Below, one piece after another: positions 1-7,091 of a stretch of DNA of 10,616 nt. The notes beneath the pieces were generated by a model. That model was not told the DNA's origin. It was given only the letters and a program-made list of their open reading frames with translations, and ran no database searches. This DNA is from Oligoflexus sp. (GTDB lineage Bacteria > Bdellovibrionota_B > Oligoflexia > Oligoflexales > Oligoflexaceae), in NCBI GenBank assembly GCA_041736305.1, contig JBGSTX010000101.1, positions 1 through 10,616 of the forward strand, read 5' to 3'. Made by a program: the position numbers and the translations under genes. How positions within the stretch are numbered: the stretch's first letter is position 1; every line of letters begins with the position of its first letter.

Positions 1-636
1 CTGCCACTTCGCAAAGTGGAAGTCGAGGACACCGGCTTTCAGACCCATTTGCTTATGGTGGGGCTCAACTTCTCCTCGGACATACCAAAAAAGATCGCCA
101 GCAATGAGAGCGCGCGAAGCCGGATGGAAGTAGACGAGCTCATGACGAGCTACGCCGGGAGCCTGGCTTGTGAAATCTCGCAGCCCGTTGATGCTGATCG
201 TAAGGAGTTCGGGGGCTAAGTGAGCTAGGGGGTCCGTGGCTGCCACGTCGATAAGGGAGTAGGCAAAAGGAGGAGATTTCGAAGGAATGCGGCCAGGCGG
301 TATATAGGCTGTCGAGCCTGGAAATTGCTTTGTGTACTCCTCCATAAAGAGATAATGCCAGTCACCCGTCGACAAGAGAGTCTTGACCTTGGCATTGAGG
401 GACTTTTCGAGCCCTCTCAGCTCCTCGAGCAATTTTGCGCTCAGCTCGGAGGGGTTGACGATGATGAGTTCTCCAGAACCTTTTTTCGCTGGGCGGTGAA
501 TCAAGACAGAGCGGTTTTGCAGCGGGACTTTCTGATCAAACTTGAAGTGAGTCACGTAGGTGTATAGGTCCGTGGAAACTTGGTGGATACGATCGAAGTC
601 CCGCTCCTCGGGATCAAAGGGAGCAACTCGCGACAT
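1..636 (-). CDS. DUF4336-like / metallo-beta-lactamase-fold protein, 3' end truncated by the window edge
   Basis: Not in the ORF track. My translation gives 212 stop-free codons from ATG at 636, with AAAGGA SD upstream: MSRVAPFDPEERDFDRIHQVSTDLYTYV...NRSVLIH...GELIIVNP...VKTLLSTGDWHYLFMEEYTKQFP...HELVYFHPASRALIAGDLFW. The 'H.LF...Y...FP' and 'E..[FY]FH.AS..LI.GD' motifs resemble DUF4336. Confidence 0.7.
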   Translation of the reverse strand, partial: MSRVAPFDPEERDFDRIHQVSTDLYTYVTHFKFDQKVPLQNRSVLIHRPAKKGSGELIIVNPSELSAKLLEELRGLEKSLNAKVKTLLSTGDWHYLFMEEYTKQFPGSTAYIPPGRIPSKSPPFAYSLIDVAATDPLAHLAPELLTISINGLRDFTSQAPGVARHELVYFHPASRALIAGDLFWYVRGEVEPHHKQMGLKAGVLDFHFAKWQ

Positions 637-739
637 AAGCGTCCTTTCTACTGTGGCGGTGAAAGCAGGTTTTTATAGGCAGGACCTCAAAAATCTGTGA
701 AGATCTGCTGCATTTCGCTTTCTATTTTAAAGAGAATAT

Positions 740-1165
740 ATGGACGTATCACTTTGGAAGAAACATATTTATAAATTCGAGCTTAAGGATGAATATCTCG
801 ACGCACTGGGGCATATGAACAACGTCTCCTACTTTCGGGTTTTTGAGGATGCCCGCTGCAAGATGATCGTCGCCGGGGGATACACTGACCAGCTTATGGC
901 CAAACTGCAGCAAGCTCCTGTCGTTCTGAAGATCGAAGTCGAATTTAGGAAAGAAGTTCGAGGTGATCATCAGTTTTATGTGGAAAGCTCGACGCTGTCG
1001 TACGAGGGCAAGGTGCAAAAAGTTTTGCAGGAACTCTGCTCAGAGGAGCTGGGAGTACACTGCAGTGCGGCGTTTACGATGGGGCTTTTCGATATGCAGA
1101 CGAGACGATTGGTGCTGCCCAACCAAGAATGGCTGAAGGCTTCAGGACTGCTGCCTCTTACCTGA
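740..1165 (+). CDS. Acyl-CoA thioesterase, hotdog fold (4HBT/YbgC-like family)
   Basis: 141 aa with the family motif D-x-x-G-H-M-N-N-x-x-Y-x-x-x-F-E-D-A-R, followed by 'VVLKIEVEFRKEV'. Confidence 0.9.
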   Translation: MDVSLWKKHIYKFELKDEYLDALGHMNNVSYFRVFEDARCKMIVAGGYTDQLMAKLQQAPVVLKIEVEFRKEVRGDHQFYVESSTLSYEGKVQKVLQELCSEELGVHCSAAFTMGLFDMQTRRLVLPNQEWLKASGLLPLT

Positions 1166-1646
1166 GAGTCAGAACCTTCCATTTTTCATTCTTGTTTTGG
1201 AAGCTGTGGTCGAAACTATCTCCTACTTCGAGACTCAAAAGCTTTTGCCCGAGCAAAGAGTCGGGAGAGATCACCTGCACCTGCGCGTTCTCCCATTCTA
1301 GAACAGCGCCGGCACCCTGCTCGGATAGAAGATAAAAGGCCTTTATACCCGAGGGGGTGCTGAGAGTCACGAGCGCTCCCTTGTCGATCATATCGTCTTC
1401 ACCGAACTCAGCCAGCTCCTGGCGTTCCAGGTCTAATATCTGTGCCTCTAGCACCCTTGCCCTCTTGTACTGGGATCCGGCCAGATACGACAGCTCAAGG
1501 CCGTGTGTGTCGTACTTACTTTTGGCCAAAGCTTCGCTGTGGGTGGCTCCTTCGTGGGCATTCTGGGCGGCCAAAAGCACCGCTTCCAAATCATGGCGCA
1601 GGCTACCAAGGAGGGCTTTTTTAAGGGCTTTCTTGTCGAAGTTCAT
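1158..1646 (-). CDS. GreA/GreB-family transcription elongation factor-like protein (non-canonical tip motif)
   Basis: 162 aa. N-terminal coiled coil with ATHSEALAKSKYDTHGLELSYLA; C-terminal GreA-type domain (I..GALVTL ... VISPDSLLGQKLL..EVGD). GGAGG SD upstream. Its 3' end overlaps the thioesterase 3' end by 8 bp (convergent). Confidence 0.8.
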   Translation of the reverse strand: MNFDKKALKKALLGSLRHDLEAVLLAAQNAHEGATHSEALAKSKYDTHGLELSYLAGSQYKRARVLEAQILDLERQELAEFGEDDMIDKGALVTLSTPSGIKAFYLLSEQGAGAVLEWENAQVQVISPDSLLGQKLLSLEVGDSFDHSFQNKNEKWKVLTLR

Positions 1647-1801
1647 CCGGGCTGGCCTCCAGCTTCATGTCCAAAGCAGGCCTATTATGGACGTGGACAA
1701 AGAAGTGAGCAAGACACGCTTCCTTTCCCGTGGAAGTCTGGGATTTATGGCTATGTGAAAACGGCATCAATGCTATGATGGTCAGAAAATAGGAGATCCC
1801 T

Positions 1802-2308
1802 ATGCGTATCTTCCTCAAGCGATTCTTTGCTTTCGCTTTCTTGGCTTTGATGACCACACAACCGTCATCTGCAGCAGCAGCTGGCTGGCAGTCGAAGGAC
1901 AACTGCGATATTCCCCTACCTTCGATTAAGGAGGACAAAAAAACTTCCCTTGAGGAGTGCCAGAAGACTTGTGAGGGCTTTAGCGGCTGCAAGGGGCTGG
2001 TTTACGTTACCGGTTGGCAGAAATGCTTTTTGAAAGCTAGCAGCGAAAAGAGGGCCAATATACGCTTCATTTCGGGTGAATTGAACGAGGGGCGCGTCTA
2101 TGAAAAAGGCAGCTTCAAAGTCGACCATGACCACAGCGGGAAAGATATCGAGCGTCTCGTCCTTGCGGACGCAGATGAGTGTGGGCAGGCCTGCGCTGCT
2201 AAAACCGAGTGTCAATCGTTTACTCTCATTGAGGGCTATCGGGTGTGTTGGTTGAAGAAAAAAGGCGGGCGCCTCAATCCCAAAGTTTTTCAATGCTCTT
2301 TTCCTTGA
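1802..2308 (+). CDS. Secreted protein with two PAN/Apple-like (PAN_4-type) domains
   Basis: Signal peptide (MRIFLKRFFAFAFLAL...AAA) and AGGAG SD. Two copies of C-x3-C-x5-C-x11-C-[FW]-L-K (C53/57/63/75 and C127/131/137/149); the second is preceded by D-x-x-G-x-D-I. Confidence 0.8.
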   Translation: MRIFLKRFFAFAFLALMTTQPSSAAAAGWQSKDNCDIPLPSIKEDKKTSLEECQKTCEGFSGCKGLVYVTGWQKCFLKASSEKRANIRFISGELNEGRVYEKGSFKVDHDHSGKDIERLVLADADECGQACAAKTECQSFTLIEGYRVCWLKKKGGRLNPKVFQCSFP

Positions 2309-2413
2309 GGGTTCAAGACTGAGTCATCCTTTCGGAGCATTAAGTTGAAATGGCCTCTACTTGGGTGCAGAATCAAATATATTTCTTGAAATTTGTTTGA
2401 GAGGAGTCATCCA

Positions 2414-3244
2414 TTGACATCGCATTATCTGCTTTCTGCCCTTATCGCCGCTTCAATCGTTTTTACTCAAGGCTGTAAGTCGACCAAATCGAGTGATGCG
2501 AGTTCCGAAACCAACGGGCTCTTTGACAAGTCGGGTCCTCGAGTCGATGGGGCCTACTGTGCCGTCCGTAAAAATAGTCCAACTCCTTTAGGGGATGGTC
2601 CGACCCGCAACGGATACGGGATTTTTTCGGCCTATGCGATCAACCTACCGGGCTATCTCGGCTATTTGGCAAAAGCCAGTAAGGTACTCTCCACATACAA
2701 GGGCAGAGCCGTTATGTGGGGCCCTAATACTCTAGACGTACTTGAAGGCAGTGCCAGCGGATATTTTTTCATGGTCTTAGAATTTTCGAGCATGTACGAC
2801 TTCGATCGCTTCTATTGCGCGGATGAGTATCAGCCTGATGTCATCAAAGAAAGATTTGATGCGACCAAGGTGATCTATTCGGTCGCTAAGGAAGGTGATG
2901 AAAGCTCGATTGGCGTCAATTCATCTTCGACTAAGGGCAATGTCAAAGCCTTTGCCCTCTTCAACGACATTGTAAAAGATAGAAGTAGCTACGACACCTA
3001 TCTCAAAGCAGCCACCGAACTAGCTAAAACCTTCGGAGGACAACGCCTTGTGAGCGGACCCAATCACATCGAGATCGAAGGTTATGCGGAAGACAAGCCG
3101 GATAATCTGACGCTTTTTGTCTTTCCCAGTATGAAAGACCTAAAAGCCTGGTACCGATCCTCTGAGTACGAGAAATTGAAACAAGACCGTCTCGCCGCTT
3201 CCAAAGTGAACTTTGTCCTGGCGAAAGACGGCCTAGCCCCCTAG
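2414..3244 (+). CDS. Predicted lipoprotein with two tandem DUF1330 domains
   Basis: TTG at 2414 lies 7 nt after GAGGAG (2401-2406), a better start than 2393. A hydrophobic stretch ends in TQG-C, followed by a Ser/Thr/Lys linker. Two repeats of Y..Y....Y/F.G.....G.....EG.......[EV]F.SM.D...[FW]Y.S/A.EY.....R, typical of DUF1330. Confidence 0.75.
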   Translation: MTSHYLLSALIAASIVFTQGCKSTKSSDASSETNGLFDKSGPRVDGAYCAVRKNSPTPLGDGPTRNGYGIFSAYAINLPGYLGYLAKASKVLSTYKGRAVMWGPNTLDVLEGSASGYFFMVLEFSSMYDFDRFYCADEYQPDVIKERFDATKVIYSVAKEGDESSIGVNSSSTKGNVKAFALFNDIVKDRSSYDTYLKAATELAKTFGGQRLVSGPNHIEIEGYAEDKPDNLTLFVFPSMKDLKAWYRSSEYEKLKQDRLAASKVNFVLAKDGLAP

Positions 3245-3396
3245 ATGCAGGTGCTTGCCGCAAGTGCAAAAGCCAGCAGATAAAGATTCGGTAAAGATTA
3301 GATCTCTTTGATGAGCTGCTTTTTCAATGGCAGACTTTTTCTAGCAAAACTATCATGATGCCTTATAGTCCATACAAAACATGGGGTGAGGTATTC

Positions 3397-5046
3397 ATGG
3401 TGGCTTTGCACAAAGTCGGGCTTTCGCCTACTCGATTAATTTGCTTAATAAGTCTGCTATCGGTTCTATCCTGCAAAACGCCCAATCAAGCGCCCAGCTC
3501 GGCGGAAGTCAAGGCCGATCAGAATGCTGGTTCGGCTCGAGAAGCCTTTTATGAAACCGCTAAGGTGCAAAAGGTCGAGCTTTGGCTGCCCCAGTGGAAT
3601 GAGCTGGCGACCCAAAAGCCCAAGGGTGGACGTTGCAACTTTTTGTTCCAGGGTGAGCACTACGACGAATTTCAGATCCCCTTGCTGAAGGTCAACGGGG
3701 TCGAATTTAAAAATGTCACTGCAAAAAAATCGTCTCACTGCGGTTCCTATTCGGAAACCAAGCCGAATCTGAAAGTTAAGTTTGGCAAAGCCGAAAAAGA
3801 GCGGGCGGTTCAACTCTTAGGTGTAGACAATCTGATACTCAAGAATTCGGTCCAGGACCAATCGATGATACGCCAGTGTCTGGGCGCCGAGATATTTGCT
3901 AAGGCAGGATTCCCCAAGCAATTTTGCAACTTTGTGGAAGTGTTTGCTAACGGGAACAAGATTGGTCTCTACGTTAACCTCGAGCCTAACGACAAAACAT
4001 TTTTCGCGAGGACCCTGGGCTCTGCGGGCAACCTTTATGAGGTTGCGGGCGAAGAGCTAGCGCCGTGGGCCTATGAGCGCTACAAGAACAACCTTGATAG
4101 CTTCAAGGACCCTGAGGATGAGAGCCTCAGCGACATGAAGGCCTTGGTTAACGCCTTCGGCAGGGATCAGAGTTCAGACCTCAGCGATCTAAAGAACTAC
4201 CTCGACATCGATCAGTTTATCCGCTTCTGGGCCATGGAGAATATCATGGTGCACTGGGACGGCTTCGCGAACAACATCAATAACGCATTTATTTACTTTG
4301 ATCCGAAGGACAATAAAGCGCGCATGCTGCCGCGGGGCATAGACCAATGCTTAACCGACTATATGAATGTCAGGGAGCCGAAAGTCCCCTATACCCAGAT
4401 GCTCTTTCAGAGACACAGTCTGCCTCTTAAACTGACTCAAAATCCTCAGTTCAGAAAACAGTTTCAGGATGCAGTGCGATTTTATTTGAACACCATCTGG
4501 AACGAAGAAGAACTGCTGGCACGCGTTAGCGCCCTGGCCGCTATAGTTTCGCCTTATGTGCCTGATTGGAACATGAATGGCGAGACGAAGTGGTCCTATG
4601 ATCGACTCCGTAATGTGATCCGGGATCGGAAGAAGGATATGGCCATTTTTATCGACAATTCTCCTCTTGCGGGTGCTAGCGGAGGTATTGCCACCTGCTC
4701 CGCAGGAGCGCCGGATACTGACCGTGACGGATGGGGATGGGAAAACAATCAGTCTTGCAAAATTAGCACTGGAGAGGCACCAATTTGTAAGAGCATAGCG
4801 GCTGATGAAGATGGCGATGGTTGGGGGTGGGAAAATAATCAGACCTGCCGCGTATCCGCCGGAGGATATATCGCTACCTGTAAAAACGGCTCGTCGGACC
4901 CGGATGGAGATGGTTGGGGTTGGGAGAATAATCAGACTTGCAAGGTTCCAAAGGGGGACACGCCTGTTTGTCGAAATGGCTCGGCAACCGATCAGGACGG
5001 TGATGGATGGGGCTATGAAGGCGGCAGGAGCTGCAAGGTTCGTTGA
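3397..5046 (+). CDS. CotH-family kinase-like lipoprotein with four C-terminal CBM10-like repeats
   Basis: Likely start is ATG 3397 after GGGGTGAGG (track start 3355). Lipobox VLS-C. CotH motifs: KPNLKVKF, LKNSVQD.S.IR, GLYVNLEP.DK.F, GNLYE, YLDIDQFIRFWAME, HWDG....NN.F.Y. Confidence 0.8.
   Translation: MVALHKVGLSPTRLICLISLLSVLSCKTPNQAPSSAEVKADQNAGSAREAFYETAKVQKVELWLPQWNELATQKPKGGRCNFLFQGEHYDEFQIPLLKVNGVEFKNVTAKKSSHCGSYSETKPNLKVKFGKAEKERAVQLLGVDNLILKNSVQDQSMIRQCLGAEIFAKAGFPKQFCNFVEVFANGNKIGLYVNLEPNDKTFFARTLGSAGNLYEVAGEELAPWAYERYKNNLDSFKDPEDESLSDMKALVNAFGRDQSSDLSDLKNYLDIDQFIRFWAMENIMVHWDGFANNINNAFIYFDPKDNKARMLPRGIDQCLTDYMNVREPKVPYTQMLFQRHSLPLKLTQNPQFRKQFQDAVRFYLNTIWNEEELLARVSALAAIVSPYVPDWNMNGETKWSYDRLRNVIRDRKKDMAIFIDNSPLAGASGGIATCSAGAPDTDRDGWGWENNQSCKISTGEAPICKSIAADEDGDGWGWENNQTCRVSAGGYIATCKNGSSDPDGDGWGWENNQTCKVPKGDTPVCRNGSATDQDGDGWGYEGGRSCKVR
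4687..5043 (+). repeat. Four tandem ~30-31 aa coding repeats, consensus C-x5/6-D-x-D-x-D-G-W-G-[WY]-E-x-x-x-[ST]-C (CBM10-like)
   Basis: First Trp codons of the repeats at 4732, 4822, 4915 and 5008 (periods 90, 93, 93 nt). Amino-acid conservation with many synonymous differences. Confidence 0.9.
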
Positions 5047-5071
5047 GAGCGATGTTGGTCGACGCTCTTGC

Positions 5072-5111
5072 AAAAGCTGCACGCGGTCCTCGCGTGCGGC
5101 GTCAGCCTTTT
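5072..5111. terminator. Putative intrinsic terminator between the convergent CotH-like and peroxidase genes
   Basis: GCTGCACGCG-GTCCT-CGCGTGCGGC (5076-5100) has a perfect 7-bp GC-rich core. AAAA precedes it (a U-tract on the minus strand) and TTTT follows about 8 nt downstream on the plus strand. Confidence 0.45.
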
Positions 5112-5150
5112 ATTCAAGCGACTCCATGAGAAGGCTAAGCCTAGTGACAC

Positions 5151-5720
5151 TCAGCTTTTCTCGGCGAGCAAACCTGCCAATCTAGCTTTGAATCCAGCAT
5201 CATCCGGGCTCGTCGCCGAGCGATAGCGAGCCGCGACCTGGCCCTTGCGATCAATCAAGAATTTTTCGAAATTCCACTGCACTTCTCCACTCTCATCTTT
5301 AGGAGCATGAGCGACGAGATAGCGAAAGAGCGGATGAGTCTTTTCACCTGTTACTACCGATATTTTCGACATCGGGAAAGTAACTCCATAGTTCCGCTTA
5401 CAAAAATCTCCTACCGCCGTCTCATCGGCCAGTTCCTGCTTGAAGCTATTCGAAGGTACTCCGATCACCACCAGACCCTTTGTCTGCTCTTCCTTATAGA
5501 TCTTTTCAAGGCCGGTAAACTGTTTAGTAAACCCGCAGTGCGAAGCAGTATTGACGATGAGCAGAACCTTGCCTTTGAAGCTCGCCAGATCGAGTGGTTT
5601 GCCGCCTATGCTCGTCAGCGCGAATTCGTACACTGAGCCTTCGGCAGCATTCGATTGGCTTCGCCCCGTGAATAAGCAGGAGAAAAACATGAGGCTGAGT
5701 AAAAATCTTGCTATAAGCAT
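5151..5720 (-). CDS. Glutathione peroxidase family protein (Cys-type, BtuE/Gpx-like) with N-terminal signal peptide
   Basis: Motifs GKVLLIVNTASHCGFTKQ, PSNSFKQE, FCKRNYGVTFPM and WNFEKFLIDRKG. ATG 5720 follows AGGAG and gives a signal-like MLIARFLLSLMFFSCLF...SNA; the track start 5798 is less likely. Confidence 0.93.
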   Translation of the reverse strand: MLIARFLLSLMFFSCLFTGRSQSNAAEGSVYEFALTSIGGKPLDLASFKGKVLLIVNTASHCGFTKQFTGLEKIYKEEQTKGLVVIGVPSNSFKQELADETAVGDFCKRNYGVTFPMSKISVVTGEKTHPLFRYLVAHAPKDESGEVQWNFEKFLIDRKGQVAARYRSATSPDDAGFKARLAGLLAEKS

Positions 5721-5846
5721 ACGCTCTCCTGAGATTGGCACTTCTTCACAGTCTAAAGGAATAGCACAGCCCAGCAGCAGAATATAGCAGCGTGCCAAGT
5801 CTCCCAGCGTGCAGCGATTTTACAGCAATGCGCCATTATTTTAAAT

Positions 5847-6440
5847 TCAGCAAGATTGGTCCTCAAGAGCTTTGGTTTGAGCTTGAGATCGTGAGTTTGC
5901 TGAGGGCTTTAAAGGACTAAGCAGGAGATCTTCAAGAAAGAAGGCGGATAATTCCGCGCGGCCAGTCAACTTTGATTTTTTGTAAATAGCTAGGTTTTGC
6001 TGCTTCACTGTCCGGTCTGAGACCTGACGAATTTGAGCAATCTCTTTGATGGATATTCCCTTGAGCAGCAAGAGGGACACCTCTTTTTCAGCTGGAGTTA
6101 AGCTCCAGATATCAAACTGCTGATCAATCATATTACTCAAACCCTGAGCCAGCTGGGAGACATTTTGCTTCCAGCTTTCCGCCTCGCTCCGCAGTTTCTC
6201 TCGATCCTGGACCGCATTTCCCAATTTACGGCGGAGCGACAAGATAGTTGATAGCCATATAAGCAGCAGACTCATCACAGCCATGAGGACGACTAAAATT
6301 TCGGTGGTAATATGCTGGGTGCTAGCTCCTTGATTCATATCTGTAATGGCGTCCCAGAACACCAAGGTGGCGATGCCCGTCAGAACTAAAGATATCCAAA
6401 CCTTTTCCGTAAAAAATTCAATCGTTACTGGAGGTTTCAT
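5847..6440 (-). CDS. Membrane-anchored LuxR-family helix-turn-helix transcriptional regulator
   Basis: Probable start ATG 6440 (MKPPVTIEF). Two hydrophobic helices (VWISLVLTGIATLVFW; ILVVLMAVMSLLLIWLSTIL), a coiled coil, then LTPAEKEVSLLLLKGISIKEIAQIRQVSDRTVKQQNLAIYKK, a LuxR HTH. No receiver domain. Confidence 0.88.
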   Translation of the reverse strand: MKPPVTIEFFTEKVWISLVLTGIATLVFWDAITDMNQGASTQHITTEILVVLMAVMSLLLIWLSTILSLRRKLGNAVQDREKLRSEAESWKQNVSQLAQGLSNMIDQQFDIWSLTPAEKEVSLLLLKGISIKEIAQIRQVSDRTVKQQNLAIYKKSKLTGRAELSAFFLEDLLLSPLKPSANSRSQAQTKALEDQSC

Positions 6441-6596
6441 ATTCTTTGCGCCTTTAGTTCTACAGCGTGGAAAGATCCGAAGAATCAGCAGCTTAGCTGG
6501 ATGATACTTTGTGTCTATAGACCTTACCAGAGATAGGGACGAAATTTGTATGCAGGGGATGCACCCTAAAATAATAAGCATGAATGGAGGTCTTCT
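6441..6596. promoter_or_regulatory. Divergent promoter region with short palindromes
   Basis: 156 bp between divergent starts. Contains CAGCT-T-AGCTG (6489-6499), the perfect palindrome GTCTATAGAC (6513-6522) and a GGAGG SD (6586-6590). No promoter hexamers could be assigned confidently. Confidence 0.5.
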
Positions 6597-7091
6597 ATGA
6601 ACTTAGCTCATCTACACCTTATGGTGAATCACCTGCCTGTGGTCGGCTTTTTGATTCTCTTGCCTTTAATGCTCTGGGCCCTATTTTCGTATAGAGAGGA
6701 AGTTCAACGCTTGGTTTTGGTGGCTACCGTAGGAATAGGATTGCTTGCTCTTCCAGCTATGCTGAGCGGCGAAGGAGCCGAAGAACTCATCGAAAACCAG
6801 CCCGGCATCAGCGAAACATTTATTGAGGAGCACGAGGAGGCGGCCGATTTATCGCTTGCCGCTGGACTCGGCACAGCTGGTCTCGGCGCTTTGGCCCTAG
6901 TCTTCTCATTCTGGCGACGCCGAGTGCCACGTTGGTCTCTAGGCGTCACCCTTGCTGCTATTGTAGTGACCAATATCTCCCTTGCTTGGACAGCCTATCT
7001 CGGCGGCCAAATTCGCCATCCGGAAATTAGGCCCGGTGCTGGCGCGACGTCTAGGGAGTCTCAGAATCAGATCTCGAGTGATGAGCACTGA
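6597..7091 (+). CDS. DUF2231-like four-helix membrane protein, His-rich
   Basis: 164 aa with GGAGG SD. Motifs HLHLMVNHLP, SGEGAEE, EEHEEAA and TAYLGGQIRHPEIR, with four hydrophobic segments. Confidence 0.7.
   Translation: MNLAHLHLMVNHLPVVGFLILLPLMLWALFSYREEVQRLVLVATVGIGLLALPAMLSGEGAEELIENQPGISETFIEEHEEAADLSLAAGLGTAGLGALALVFSFWRRRVPRWSLGVTLAAIVVTNISLAWTAYLGGQIRHPEIRPGAGATSRESQNQISSDEH

Noticed and set aside
16-567. Plus-strand ORFs 16-219 and 325-567
   Set aside because: Antisense to the continuous 212-codon DUF4336-like frame.
4687-5043. Possible CRISPR array or DNA-level tandem repeat
   Set aside because: The periods are multiples of three and variation is concentrated at synonymous positions, so these are protein repeats.
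4351-5082. 243-aa minus-strand ORF
   Set aside because: Antisense shadow of the CotH-like gene; its periodicity simply mirrors the coding repeats.
5151-5720. Selenocysteine-type glutathione peroxidase
   Set aside because: The active-site codon is TGC (Cys) and there is no in-frame TGA.
5721-5798. N-terminal extension of the peroxidase ORF from 5798
   Set aside because: ATG 5720 has an AGGAG SD and yields a clean signal peptide.
6441-6581. N-terminal extension of the LuxR ORF as given in the track
   Set aside because: It would leave only 15 bp for two divergent promoters and looks non-coding; ATG 6440 is more plausible.
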